In this document: piece after piece, positions 1 to 12,994 of the stretch
Layout: every line of letters starts with the position of its first letter
Numbering within the stretch: position 1 is the stretch's first letter
DNA from: Azolla caroliniana
Lineage: Eukaryota; Plantae; Polypodiophyta
Reading direction: 5' to 3'
Assembly: GCA_043228905.1 (NCBI GenBank)
Contig: JBHGNT010000013.1
Span: forward strand, 2,046,001-2,110,000
Length of the DNA: 64,000 nt
Program-made: the position numbers and the translations under genes
The notes under the pieces: model-generated
Seen by the model: the letters and a program-made list of their open reading frames with translations, nothing else
The model's database searches: none
Told to the model about the DNA's origin: nothing

Positions 1-2290
1 ATAGAGCGTCTGCCTTTCCTTGTTGTACTCCAGGGAAATATGTGATGAGGAAGTCAAAACGCGTCAAGAATTGTGTCCAACGAGCTTGGCGTCGACTCAA
101 GACTCTAGCATTTTGAAAGTATCTAAGGTTTTTATTATCATTGTAAACAATGATTTGGTGGGGAGAACCTTCTAAGAGATGCCTCAAATGTTCAAACGAG
201 TCTATAATGGCCAGGAGCTCTACAGCTTCGAATTTCCGTGAATGGAAAGCAATTTGATGCAGCTTACCATCATCTCCAACCTGCGACAAGATACTTCCTA
301 GTGCAAAATCAGACACATCTGCCTCAATGATAAAGGGTTTTTCTAGGTCAGCATGAAGTAGAATAGGAGCAGAAGTGAATGCTCTCTTTAGGTTTTCAAA
401 AGCTTTGGCTGCATTGGAACTCCATGTGAACGACTTGTTCTTTTGTGTAAGCTTCGTGAGAGGCATCACGATGTTCGAGTAGTTCTTGATAAATTTGAGG
501 TAAAAATTTGCAAATCCTAAGAAACACTAAACATCACGCACTGGGCGAGGTGTTTCCCAATTTAGAATTGTCTGCACCTTAAAGGGATCCATAGATATAC
601 CTTGTTGTGAAACCACATACCCTAGAAACTCCACGTGGTTTTGATCAAAGCTACATTTCTCGAGTTTGGCATAGAGCCAATATTCTCATAAGCGTTGGAG
701 GACTTGGCGGACATGTGTGTCATGCTCTTCTTGACTTTTTGTGTAGATCAAGATGTCATCAATATATACTATGGTAAATGAATCCAAGAAGTTGCGAAAC
801 ATATCATTCTTCATGTGTTGAAAAACTGCGGATGCATTCGTGAGACCAAAAGGCATAACCGTGTACTAGAAATGTCCGTATCGAGTACAGAATGTTGTCT
901 TCCATTCGTCTCTTGGACGTATCCGAACAAGGTTATATGTGCCTCGAAGGTCTAGCTTTGTGAAAACTTTAATTCCACTAAGACGCTCTAGTAAACTCGA
1001 TATAAAGGGTAGAGCATATCTATTTCGAACTGTGATTTTGTTTAAACCTCGATAATCCACACCATTCGTAAAGACCCATCTTTCTTCTGGACAGAGAATA
1101 TGGGTGCACCAACCGGGCTTTTAGAATGTTGAATGAATCAATTTGCTAGGTGCTCATCTATATACTCTCGAAGGGCAATGAGTTTAGAAGGTGATAGATT
1201 ATATATTGGGCCCCATGGTGGCTCTTTCACAGGTTGTAGATCGATCGGACAATCATAAGGACGAGGGCCTGGAAGAGAACTAGCTTTAGTTTTGTTGAAG
1301 ATGTCTTCAAAATTCAAGTACTTAGTAGGGAGGTGAGTACGTGCCCCTTGTGAACTAGAGGATGGATTTGCCGTTACTGCAAAGACAAATATTTCATTTG
1401 TCTGCCCGTCTTCTCGTAAGTTTTGTAGAGATATGAGCGAGATTTGGTGAGGTTTTTAATCTTGGTTGGTAGTAACAAAGCTGTTGGATTCAAGTTTCTG
1501 CTGGAAATAATGGATTGCTCGATTTCTCCAGTCAATTTCAGGATTATGAAGCTCAAACCAAGGAAAACCAAGGATAACCGGATGCTCAGGGCTACTAATT
1601 ATATTGAAGGAAATCACACAAGCAAGGCTACCAATGACTACTCGAATCGGCTCGGATTCTTCGACTATATCCCTAGATCTGTAAAGAATAGCATGCGGAA
1701 GAAATAGAAATCCAAACACAGAAAATACGCAGGTTTCATGGAGAGCTTGAATATACACAATACGCGGAAGAGACAGAGAGAGAGAGATCACACAAAAAAC
1801 TCAATTAAAAATAATACACAATCTGTACATACACCGTGCTCAGTGAGCACCTTTTTTACAAGTGCTGACAATAGGGCGGACACAAGTACTGACAGTACTT
1901 GACCGCTAATAAATGAGCCTACTACACTAACTCCCAAAATTATTCCTTACGAGGAATATCTTCCCAACGGCCCCGTGGTTTTCATACCTATACGGCAATG
2001 TTATGCGTAACGATTTACGCACCCAGTCTACGCACTAAGTTACGCATCGTATTACACACGAATGTTGAGCTTCTCTCTCAACAAGATGCAATACAGGAAC
2101 CATCAATGACTACAACGGATGCAGGACAAGAGAGGTTTCTCAATAGCATTTTTTGGGATAAATCAAATTCTTTGTCCAGAAAACAAGAGTTGGCTCCTGA
2201 ATCTAAGAGAGCAGATGCAAGAACTCGATGACCCCTAGAAGTCCTAAGCTCAACTTGTGTTGAAAAAACTCAGCTAACATGATTCGATAA
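1..2290 (-). pseudogene. pol: Gypsy pol remnant (protease-RT-RNase H) with stops and frameshifts, interrupted by a solo LTR
   Basis: ORF fragments 1456-1679 (DIVEESEPI...HPVILGFPWFELHNPEIDW) and 866-1060 match the pol ORF at 21479-23938. Confidence 0.88.
1680..2083 (-). mobile_element. Copia-family solo LTR inserted in the gypsy protease region
   Basis: TGTAAAGAATAGC...CTCTCAACA is similar to the LTRs at 32826-33240 and 38142-38556. Flanks AGATC/AGATG form a 5-bp TSD with one mismatch. Removing it restores the reading ASVVVIDGSCIASRDIVEESE. Confidence 0.9.
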
Positions 2291-2364
2291 AATGGAACCG
2301 CTACTTGGGGCTGACATTACGTATTCAGGTTTGTCCAACCAAATGGGTCCGATTTTGATTGGTC

Positions 2365-3470
2365 TTATTCGTTTAATATTTCATCAAGCTGACTCAAGAC
2401 CTCAAAACTATTGGATTGGCCTAAACATGTCGGACTACTACGGATAGATAATCTAACTGGGGAATTGGAATTAAGTTTCTCACTAGTACTTACTTGATTT
2501 ACTTGTCCTTTTGGCCTATGTGGGCAGGTGATTTCTATGTGTCTCAGACCACAATAGAAACATAGACGGTTTGCTCGGCATCGTTGCTTCTTAGTTTTAG
2601 ACAAACGCCCTCGACGACGCGTTACATTGATCTCCATTGGAATTGGACCAGTTGATGGAATCATGTGTGAAGTTTGGGTAGTGCTGATAGGTGTCGAGGC
2701 TACTACTGAAGCATTTGTTTGATCCGTTCTTGGTCGTGACATTAGTTGACGTTCTGAACGTCGCTTGAATAAACGATTGTCACATCACACCGCACGACTT
2801 ATTGCTTCAATAAGAGATCTTGGATCTTCGTAGAAAGTTAATAACAAATCGTTTACATCATTTCGTAGTCCATGGCGAAACTGATCCATTAATGCTTCTT
2901 TATCCCATGGAATATCTCAAGCTAGGAGGCGGAAATCTGCAACGTATGCGGAGGCTAGATGATCCCCTTGACGCAGTCTTCGAATTTTATTGATCGCCGT
3001 TCTGACACTATCAGTGTCTCCAAAGTTTGCTTGAAATTCTTTAATAAAACCTTCAAAGTCTTGAAGGAGAGGAGATTTCTTTTCTAGCAGTGGTGCAAAC
3101 CATGCTAATGTTGTTCCTGTTAAGTGGGTTCCTACTAGTCCAACTTGAGTTGTATCGGTTGGAGATCTATTAAGATGCATATGAATTACTAGACGCACCT
3201 TATTTAAAAATCCTTGAAATTGTGATTGATTACCATCGAACCTCCCAGGCAAACAAATCTTTGGTTCTTTGGGAAAGTTTTGTTGCATCAAAGATTGATG
3301 ATGAAGAGACCGCAATGCTGTTTCGAGTTGCAATACACGTGTTGATAACTCATCATATTGTTACGCCTTTTCTATGCTTACTTGTTGTAAATCTCCAAGC
3401 TATCGTTGATTCTCTTGCTCTAGAGCCAAAAACTTATTTGTGAGATGCTCGAGCTTAGAGACGACTCGAA
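2365..3470 (-). pseudogene. gag: Gypsy gag remnant
   Basis: EPKICLPGRFDGNQSQFQGFL...LAWFAPLLEK...IRRLRQG retrotransposon gag motifs plus a zinc knuckle; frameshifted. Confidence 0.9.
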
Positions 3471-3534
3471 CATACTCTTGCTTGCTATCGGTGACGATAA
3501 CACTTGATAGGATTCTCAAGAAAAAGAAGGAAAG

Positions 3535-3572
<38 letters not shown>

Positions 3573-3618
3573 TGGCGAGAAAGACAGAGAGAAAGAGAGA
3601 AGATATTTTGGTTTAAAC

Positions 3619-4084
3619 TGTCAAGGCCTTAGCTTGACAAAAGAAGATTGAACAAGAGAGGAAAAGAAAGAGAGAACAATGGCTATATTTGTAATATAAT
3701 AGGAAAATATACAAGAGCAAGAACTAGAATATTCGCCAAAGACGGGTGTTGAACCATAATGGTTCTAACAATACAATATGTCCTATTTATATAGGAGTAG
3801 TATGTGCCCCTTGGATGTTTGTAGGGTCATGATACCCTTTGGGATGTTCTAGGGTCATGATACCCTTTGGGATATTGAAGGGTCATGACACCCTTTGGAA
3901 TATTGAAGGGTCAAGGCACCCTTTGGATATTTATAGGGTTACATTATCAATATTATAATATATCAAATTATAATATTTTTACGTAAAATATATATAACTT
4001 GATGGCTAGAGTTGAGTGCTCCGCTTTAGGAGGTCACGGGTTCAAGTCATCTTAAACCTCATGGGGTTTCATCTACTCATGACA
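3619..4084 (-). repeat. 5' LTR of chromovirus 1
   Basis: TGTCA...TGACA termini; TATA box CTATATAAATAG on the minus strand (~3783-3794); ~29-bp tandem subrepeats ~3805-3940; homologous blocks to LTR 19733-20162. Confidence 0.85.
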
Positions 4085-4206
4085 TCTTGTATCCATTCTC
4101 ATTCTAATTTAATACATTCATTCTTCTCTTATCATTTCATTCCTCTCTTCTGGTGATCTCTTTATATCGTTCTTCAGTAGCTCTATCCTCTGTCTTGGTT
4201 CTGACA
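4085..4206 (+). repeat. Partial (3') LTR of a related chromovirus family
   Basis: Matches ~46770-46870, which directly precedes a gag ORF; ends TTCTGACA. Confidence 0.65.
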
Positions 4207-5318
4207 CATAGAGCCTTTCCAAGAAGTCAACAATTTAGAGCCATTTCAATAAATTGTTCCTCCTTCACTATACAATCTCATTGTATTCAAACATTGGTGA
4301 TGACAAAATGTCCTAAACCAACTCCAAGTTTCTTTGATATCATTATTAGAAATATTCATTTCTACAACCAAACAACGAGACTTGTTTGTAGACTGTAATA
4401 CCTGATGGAGACAATGCAATTAACAATCGATGAGATTAATAAATTCAAGCATGAAAACATTCCTCTAATTTAGGGTATCTCTAATTTAAGCATAAAAATA
4501 GGTTGTAGAGGATCCTCTAAAACCTATTTTTATTATATTTTCATCTTTATTGAGCACATATTCATACCTCATCCTTCTTCTTTATCAAACTTCCAATGAT
4601 TGATTAAATTATACCAAAATTTCTACCTTGTTGCAAAGACGAGATGATGGTTGTTCTATTAACTCCAAAATTTGTAGGTTTTCTTCATAATTCAAATGAG
4701 GTCGAAGACCTCGCTTGTGGGTTGAATTCATCTTTGTAATGTTAATTAACTGATTTTAGATTGACTTAATTAGGAGGAAGGTTTTGACATGATTAAACCT
4801 TCAAATTCCATCAAAAAACACCAATTTAAGGAAGAAAAAGAAGGAGAAGGAGAAGGAGAAAGATGGAAAGAGGAGGAAGAAGACAATGGTCACCACCACC
4901 ACCATAATGGACTGAGGGCATATTGGAAGAGAAGAAGCAAACGAAAGAATGAAAGAAGAAGAAAGCAGAACCAAGAAAACAAAGAGGAGAGAAAGAAGAA
5001 GAACGAAAAGAACAAGAAGCCATGGTGTAATGCGTAAGGTGTGTAATGTGTAACATGAAATGTTAATGTGTGAGTGTGAGGAAGAGTGTGTACACATGCA
5101 CATTTGGTTATTGGTGTGCATGTGTACAAATGTGAGAGACAAGGGTAAGTAGATGTAACTACCCCCATTTGGCTTTTTGTACTATATATAAACCCCCACC
5201 CATGGGGCATGAAAATGAGAAATATAGTGAAGTTACCCCTGAACTTGTGCTTGTCTCGATTTTGCCTCTCATTCTCTTTGTGTATCTCTTTCTCTCTCTC
5301 TATCTTCTCACATTCGAA

Positions 5319-5633
5319 CCCATCAACAATATTCCTCCTACCATAGCGATAAAGTTCAGAGTTTGAGGACTCCCGTGGTTTTTCCCTATCCGTGTTTTCC
5401 ACGTTAAATCTTGGCTCCACCCCCACCCATCAATAATATTCCTCCTACCATAGTGATCAAGTTCAGAGTTTGTGGACTCCTGTGGTTTTTCCCTTTCAGG
5501 TTTGTCTACGTTAAATTTTGTCTCTGGCTCCACCCCCCACCCATCAACAATATTCCTCCTACCATAGTGATAAAGTTAGGAGTTTGTGGACTCCCGTGGT
5601 TTTTCCCTTTCCAGGTTTTTCACATTAAATCTT
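5319..5633. repeat. ~110-bp tandem repeat x3 (also at ~18367-18681)
   Basis: CCCATCAA(C/T)AATATTCCTCCTACCATAG...GGTTTTTCCCT recurs at ~5319, ~5426 and ~5540. Confidence 0.9.
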
Positions 5634-6379
5634 GTGTCTCTGTACTTGTGTTTTCTGCCATTTCAATCTTTGCACATGAAATTGAGGAAAATGATAAGAG
5701 GATAAGGTGTTATCAAACAAGTTGTCGTGGCCCATGGTGCTAATTTCATGCTTGGAAAAAAGGATTGGCCACAAATAAGACTTTCATTTGAGCTTTCCTT
5801 GTGTGGAAATATAGTAATACTATATGCCAATATAAATATAGATGCAAGAAATACAAATGGGCTATTATCCTATCATTTAAAAGTCTATTACTGCACCATA
5901 TAATCCTTGACCAACATATCAAGAAAAACAGACCACACAATACACTCATTGATGCTTGGTCACATTCCCTACAAAAATGATAGCTTTGTGAAGAGGATCT
6001 CATTATGTGGAACGATCGATGACTTATCAACAAAGGATATGGCTTCCATCACACATCTGAGTATACACGAATGGACTTTTAAAACTAATGTGACTCTTTC
6101 ACCTAAATCTTGGTGGATATCCAATACTCATCGACATGAGATTCTACCATATAATGGTCACATTAGTGACAAGGCATGAATGTTGTGATGAATAAATTTG
6201 GTGGTTATGGATAATGATGCCAACACAATGGTGGTTGACTTTAGTATAGGAACATGAAATATTAAAGGTTTTTGCCTTTGTGAAATTTAAAAGCAAGGAA
6301 GGACCTACCGTTGTTGATAGTATTAAAAAAACCTTCAAGCATAATGAGGTGTATAAACCTCAACAAAATTGGCCAAACT

Positions 6380-6451
6380 GGGGCATTGCGAGAATCGAAC
6401 TCATGGCCTCTCGCACCCAAAGCAAGAATCATACCACTAGACCAAACACCC
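6380..6451 (-). tRNA. tRNA-Pro(TGG), nuclear plant type, slightly decayed
   Basis: GGGTGTTTGGTCTAGTGGTATGATTCTTGCTTTGGGTGCGAGAGGCCATGAGTTCGATTCTCGCAATGCCCC folds as a cloverleaf with anticodon TGG. Several G-U pairs and one T-stem mismatch; T4 run downstream. Confidence 0.9.
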
Positions 6452-7825
6452 ATTGTTGATCATGTAATAATGATTTTATTTAATATTTATGTCTTTATAC
6501 ATCACTTTACTCTAAACTCCTTTCTACGTATTAATTTCAAAAGAGCCCCTTTTCTACATTCTACATTTATTACATATATTGATAGAGATTTATATATATC
6601 CTATTTTACATTACAGCTTGATGAACAACCAATAATACATCTAGGCTATGTAAGATTTAGTTTTGGCTGACTAAGGACCTTACGGTTTGGTAAGGTTAAG
6701 TTTTATGCATTTTAAGATAGACTAGAACCTTGCTAATGATTAGACAATGTAAGAAATAGTGAGTATTTCCTTCCGATTGAAATGTGCAAGAAAAGAATTT
6801 ATTTGTGATTGCGTATTTAGGATTGATACACAAGATAAACCCAATCACTACTCTCCAAATAAAGATATTTGCTTGAAATTCTAGAACTTACACTATAGGA
6901 TATTCCCCCACCCACGGTGAGTTTTGATTACACGCCAAATTTCATTCAACCTTGAAGTGATCCCATGGAGTAACAATGCCAAATAAATATTAGCGGTTAC
7001 TTGAAAATTTGAGCTCTTCCTTGTAAACACCAATCTAAGAACAATTGCTCTTCTATCCACATATTGAAGTGGCCCTACCTTAATGATAGAGTTTGCAACT
7101 TCAATCAATTAAACGTACAATGCACAATAAACATATTGCATCATGTAACTAGGAGTTACGTTTCTCTTTACGAGATAGGAATACCCACTTGGATAAAGAA
7201 AGGACTTCTTGCCAATACCTTATCAATGATTAAGGGTATGTAGAGCAGGGAACTTTACGGGGATTAGTTCTATTGAGTACTGACCTTTACACCACCCCTT
7301 AATTATAATACTCAATCAAATGTTGTAGAAGAATACACAAGAATTCTGATTGCAAACACGTCTTGCTACAACGAAAATTGATAAACCATCAACCTCGCTT
7401 GCTTGGTGATTAGTTTTCTCTCTACACCATCTTATTATCCTTTGATCACCTTGGATTGAATCACACAACCCGATGATAGATGGCAAATTTAGTCCATTAT
7501 GCTCTCATCAACATGTTGTCAGTTTGTAACTAATTCCTCTCATCTAGGAGTCGATGCCCTTCCTTATATAGGCCTAGTATGGGAAACTTCAATGTCTACT
7601 TCAATGTTCATTCTTGCTCCAACCACAACTTTTACTCCAAGAGTTGGCTTTGTCCCGCTTCGGTTACAACATCCAATTTGTTAGCTAACTCTATCTTTCA
7701 TCACACTAGTTCGGCCATGACATTTATTACTCTAGTGACGAAGGGTGCATATGTGTCTACCCTTGATTCCATGAGGGTCGATGTGTACACGTGGTATTGA
7801 CCACTCCCTATAATCATCCTACTTT

Positions 7826-9425
7826 GTGCTTAAACTTTATGCTTTTCCTATCAATAGACTATATGCTTTATTTAACATGCTTTTTCTAAACTGATCATGC
7901 TTTTTCTAATTTGTGTGTTTTTTAATGACTATAGCTTTTTCTTTTATCGTGCATTTTTGTAAAGTTTATCCTAGCGTGAACTTGCGTTTTTATGTGGGAC
8001 ATCTACTTTTTAACACTAATGAAATGCTAGTGAAATGGTAAGAGATTATATTATTAACATGGAGGTGCAAGGTTCGAATCTTGCCCTATGCATGTAATGC
8101 TTAGTTTGATATTTTCTTATTTTTTCTTCATATTTATTCAATCGGTTATTTTATATTATTTTCATGTAGTGTACTAAATACACTACGACACTCGCCCCCT
8201 CCGAACCCACACATCCTGAGGCATGTGCCAAAGTTGTCGGTGATTGTTAGCCTTCTCCGTCCGGTCTCCGCCTAGTTGGTTTCGTCACTAGTCATTTTCG
8301 GTTGTCGGCTCCGTCTGTTCGCCGGTCTTCAGTTGCTTGCTCTACCCGGTTTCCGGTTACTGGCCCTCGTAATTCTTCTTTACTTGTAGTACCCTTCGTT
8401 TCTCTCGCTATGTCGACTTTGTCTCTCCATTTCAAGCACAACCATTCTTTCCACCCAACCCATTTTCACCATCCGATCCACCATAGTCTTCGTTCACTCT
8501 TTGCATAGCCATGGTCCTTCTTATCCGTGGTAGTGCCTTTCCTTGGCCTCGTCATTGTCTTTATCAATGTTGAATTCTTTTCGAATCTCCGGTTGAGTCG
8601 GATTAGCTTCTTTCCAAATCGGTGTCGTCCGATCGTCTTTCGGTTGGATCGGCTTCCGTTCCGATTTGGAGTTGGTTGATTGGTTTTTACCGATTCGCCC
8701 CCCTTTCGGATCGGTTTCGACCGATCGGTTTCTATTAGTATTTGCTTCCTTTTCCTTGTTTTCACCAGCCTCGACCGTTTCGACCTCCGGCATTTCTTTC
8801 CGGATCGGTCTCGTCTGGTCGGCTTTTGGTTGGAATGATTTCCGTCCGCGTCGAACTCAACAAATTGGATTTTGTCCGAATCCACTTCCGCTTGCTTTAG
8901 CATCCGTTTAGACCGGAATTCCGGCCGGATCATCTTCCGTCCGGACCCACTTCCGGCTTTACATTCTTTGCTCCCACCTCCCGTCTCTTTGGTATCACGT
9001 TGGTTCTCGGACACAACTGCCGAAGTCTCTAGAATTAGTGGGTAGGAATCCTCAGTATTATCGTTCTCTGTCGTTTCACCCATAGCCACCTTCTCGACTA
9101 TCTCTCCATCGTATGCATCGTCTTCGACCTTTGTTTTCTCTCCGTCACCTTCCGTCTCTTCGGTCTCACGTTGCCTTCCAGATGCAACTGCCGGAGTCTC
9201 TGGAATTAGTGATGGGAAATTCTCGATATGGTCATCCGACATTGATTCGTCCATAGCCACCTCCAATTCGATGTAATGTTTTGTGGCGACCTCCTTAATC
9301 AAGTCTGCCTCGCACTCTTTATCTCCATCAATTATGAAAGCATCTATTATGCTTACCTCTTTCTCATCCGATGTCTTGAACACTCGTATCTCGAAATCTT
9401 CTTCTACATTTGAAGTGGTGTTCGC
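7826..9425 (-). mobile_element. Degenerate non-autonomous gypsy-like element: truncated 3' LTR (7826-8190), PPT and acidic gag-tail-like ORF 8466-9428
   Basis: Minus strand GAGGGGGCGAG followed by TGTCGTAGTG (PPT + LTR start). The same LTR sequence occurs at 13750-14078 and 62467-62860. The paralog at 62467-63855 retains a gag start and PBS. Confidence 0.7.
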
Positions 9426-12400
9426 CACTCTTAGCTTATCGCCTTATCCTTCGCCGTCGTTCTTTCGCAAGACAAGAGGGTAGCTTGTTCTACACCCTCT
9501 CCCGGTGCACCACTCCGACTGCGTATCCTATATCCGGTCGGGTACACACCATTGCCTACATTAAGCTTCCGACGACAGAGGCATATGGAACCTTCATCAT
9601 ATCTGCCTTCTTTGCTTTCATCTTCAGGCTTTGCTTACCGGATAACCTGCAGTTTGCCGGAAGTGTCGATCCGACCGGTTTCGCACCTGACATGTTTAAC
9701 CGTTGAAGCACCTTTGTCATGTACTTCTCCTGTGACAGCCACAACTGCTTCGTTGGCCGGTTCCAGATGATATGCATCCCCAACATCTGTCTTGCAGGAC
9801 CCAAGTCTTTCATTGCGAAGGTTCGATTTAGAGCCTTCTTCAACATCCGTATTTTGGCTTGGTCCCGTCCGACGATCAACATGTCGTCCACGTACAGAAG
9901 GAGTATCAGGAAGTCGCCTCCTTCGAAATTCTTCACAAACACACAGTGATCGGCCTGCGTCTTGTGGTACCCTTGATCGGTCATGAAGGAGTCGAACTTC
10001 CGGTACCATTGTCGGGGAGCCTGCTTCAGTCCGTACAGGTTCTTCTTCAACCGGCATACCAGGTGCTCCTTCCCTTTCACCACAAATCCATCCGGTTGCT
10101 GCATGTAGATCTCCTCTTCAAGGTCAACGTGGGGGAATGTCGTCTTCACATCCAGCTGCTCTACCTCGAGGTCCATGCTTGCCGTTATACTCAGCACCGT
10201 CCGGATGGAGGTCATCTTTACTACCGGGGCAAATATCTCGTCGAAGTCCACGCCCTTCTTTTGCTGGAACCTCTTCACCACCATCCTGGCTTTGTATCTC
10301 GAGGGGTTGCTGGCATCTCCCGGTTTCAACTTGTACACCCACTTATTTCAAAGTGCCTGCTTTCCTTTCGGCAACTCCACCAATTCGTACGTATGGTTCT
10401 CATGCACGGAATCCATTTCCTCCTGCATGGAACTTAACCATTTTTGGCTGTGGGTGTCATCATTCGCTTCTTCGAAGCTTTCTGGCTCCCCCTCATCGGT
10501 TAGCAGCACGTGCTCTGCATCTGGAAATCTCCGGGGGGCCCTTCTCTCTCTAAGAGGATATCTCCGTCTTTGGGCTTCGGTAACCGGCTCCTCCATTTTC
10601 TCTTCATCCGAATCCGATTCGGGGTCTTGGCCAGTTCCGGTTTCAGCCTCCTCTGCTTCTTCTTCTGCCGGTTTGGTATCCTCACCGTAACTGGCTGGTT
10701 CCTCGAGTGCTAACCGGTCTCTTGCTGGTTGGGTCTGCTCATCGTAGAAACGATCCTTACCGATCGACTCAGAGTTCATTATCTTCTTCTCCGACTCCTA
10801 GTCGGCGAGCGTCTTGTCCTCCATGAAGATAATATCTCGACTCCGGAATACCTTCTTGTCAACCGGGTCCCACACTCGGTAGCCGAACTCATCGTCGCCG
10901 TAACCGAGGAATATGCATGGCCGGGTCTTTGGATCCAACTTTCCTCTCCCGTCCTTAGCTACATGCACATACGTGAGACACCCGAACACCTTCAGATGCC
11001 GGTAGGACACTTCCTTACCGGTCCATACTCTTTGCGGCGTGTCTCCGTCCAAGGGCACTGAGGGTGATCTGTTTATCACATATGTCGTCGTCGATAGTGC
11101 CTCAGCCCAAAACTTCTTGGGTAGTTTTGCATGCGCCAACATACTCCGGACCCTCTCCATTATGGTCTGGTTCATCCTCTCGGCCAGCCCGTTTAGTTCC
11201 GGCATCTTCGGCACGGTAAATTCGAGCTGGATTCCCTTCGAGCTACAATACTCCTCGAACTGCCCCTGGTATTCACCTCCGTTATCTTCTCGAACCTCCT
11301 TGAACTTCCAGCCGGTTTCTCTTTCCACTCTCGCGTGGAGCTCTTTGAAGAAGGATAGCACCTGATCCTTCGTCTTCAACGGTGTGGCCCATAGCTTCCA
11401 ACTGAGGTCATCTATGAACATCACGAAGTACTGCGCTCCAGCATGTGACTTCATGTCCACTTGACATACATCAGTATGCACCAACTCCAGTGGTGCATTA
11501 CGTCTCATCGGTGGCCTCGATCGGAAGGAGGTCCGGTTTTGTTTACCGGCCAGACAATTAGTGCACTTCTCCAAGTGCACATTCTTCACTGGAATGAGGT
11601 TGTCTTCTGCAAGCCTCTTCATCCCCTTCTCGCTCATGTGACACAATCTCTTGTGCCACAGCTCACCGGCAGTGTCAGATGCTACGTTCCCTTCCTCCGG
11701 ACAAAACCGGGCATTCATCAGGTACAACGTATTGACCTTCCGGGCCCAAGCCACAATCAGGCTCCCTTTGCTGAACTTCATAACACCGTTCCGGATGCTA
11801 CCAGTGTAGCCTTCATCATCTAGTTGACTGGCTGATATCAGGTTCAGTCGAACCTCCGGAACGTGTCGGACATCCTTTAGCAGCATCTTGCATCCGGTTG
11901 GTGTTGACAGCCACACGTCTCCTATGCCGACAATTCGGCATGTACCTCCATTCCCCATCTGGACACAGCCGTGATCACCGGCTAAGTAGGATGAGAAGCA
12001 TTTCCGGTTCGGGGTAAGGTGGAACGACGCTCCGGAGTCGACCACCCAGGTCATGTCATCGCCGGCAAGGTTTAGCGCACTCTCCTCAGTGATGAGCATC
12101 AACTCTTCTTCACTTGCCGCGATTGCCGTTGTTCCCTTCCGGTCCGGCCCCCTCCGGTCTTTAGAGTTTCGGTCCGGTTTCTGCTTTGAATCGGTAGCGT
12201 CGATTTCCTTGTCTTTCCGGAAATGCCGACAGTTCTTCTGGAAGTGTCCCGGCTTGCCGCAATAGAAGCAAGTAGGCCTCCCCCTTGACTTTGACCTTGT
12301 CCCCAACTTTTCCCAATTCTGGAGACTATGGTTTCTTTGTCTTCCGCGTTCCGATTCGGCAAGGAGCGCTTTGGCATCGGAGCTCGTATCCTTATCTTTC

Positions 12401-12963
12401 CGACGCGCCTCCTCATCTAGCAAGCTCGACTTCACTCTTGCTAGGGATAACCGTTTCCCTTCCGGCCCGGCGTTGCCCAAAGTGACAACCAACGTCTCCC
12501 AGCTATTCAGGAGGGAACCAAGCAGGAGTAGCGCTAGTACCTCGTCGGCGAGAGGTACTTCCAATGATGTTGCCTGGTGTATCAGCCCTTGGAAGGCATT
12601 CATGTGCTCTGCCATGCTAGAGCCATCTTGGTACCGGAGTCTTACTAGCTTCTAGAATACCGAAACCTGGTTAAGAACATTTTTGTTCTGAAACATAATG
12701 CCGATCTTCTCCCAGAGCTCATGAGCCTTGCTCTCTTCCTTGAAGTTGTTGTATAGGCTCATGTCGATGAAGCACCGTATGTACGCCGTTGTCTTCATGT
12801 GCATCACCTCCCATATCGTGGCGTCGATTTTGTCCGGTCTGTTGTCCCCGAACTGAACCCGCAACCAAAGATCTTTAACCACGAGCATGTCCCTCATCTT
12901 CGACTTCCACACGGAATAGTTGGAGCCGGTGAGCATGAACATGCCTCCCAACGATTCGTCCAT
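9426..12963 (-). pseudogene. Copia gag-pol polyprotein, broken by stops and frameshifts
   Basis: CFYCGKPGHFQKNC, WVVDSGASFH, LWHKRLCHMS, DNGGEY, NGLAERMN, YGLKQAPRQW, LLLYVDDML in ORFs 12652-12963, 10798-12615, 10348-10779 and 9556-10338. Confidence 0.95.
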
Positions 12964-12994
12964 TTTTCTGTGTCACTTCGCTCTGATACCACTT

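Larger units (their letters stand above)
1..4084 (-). mobile_element. Degenerate Ty3/gypsy chromovirus (Tcn1-like), 5' part; 3' end lies outside the window
   Basis: 5' LTR 3619-4084 (TG...CA), gag fragments 2917-3333 and 2365-2742 (CCHC-like CFYCGLRHIEITC), protease, RT fragment 866-1060 ([17 protein letters not shown]...[13 protein letters not shown]) and RNase H remnants. Collinear with the intact relative at 19733-25435. Confidence 0.92.
4553..7828. repeat. Segmental duplication block, copy A; copy B = 17600-19732 + 25436-25798 + 45836-46632
   Basis: High-identity collinear sequence and near-identical spurious ORFs (e.g. 4890-5426 vs 17938-18474). Copy B is split by two later TE insertions. 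Confidence 0.95.

Noticed and set aside
4789-5743. Duplicated K/E-rich and F/L-rich ORFs
   Set aside because: Low-complexity GA-rich and tandem-repeat DNA; the apparent conservation reflects the segmental duplication only.
6262-6670. ORFs 6262-6453 and 6311-6670 (and 19310-19718)
   Set aside because: Chance translations through the tRNA-Pro gene and its flanks.
7120-7825. Possible additional solo LTR (also ~45913-46632)
   Set aside because: Has LTR-like features, but no clear second terminus or TSD could be established.
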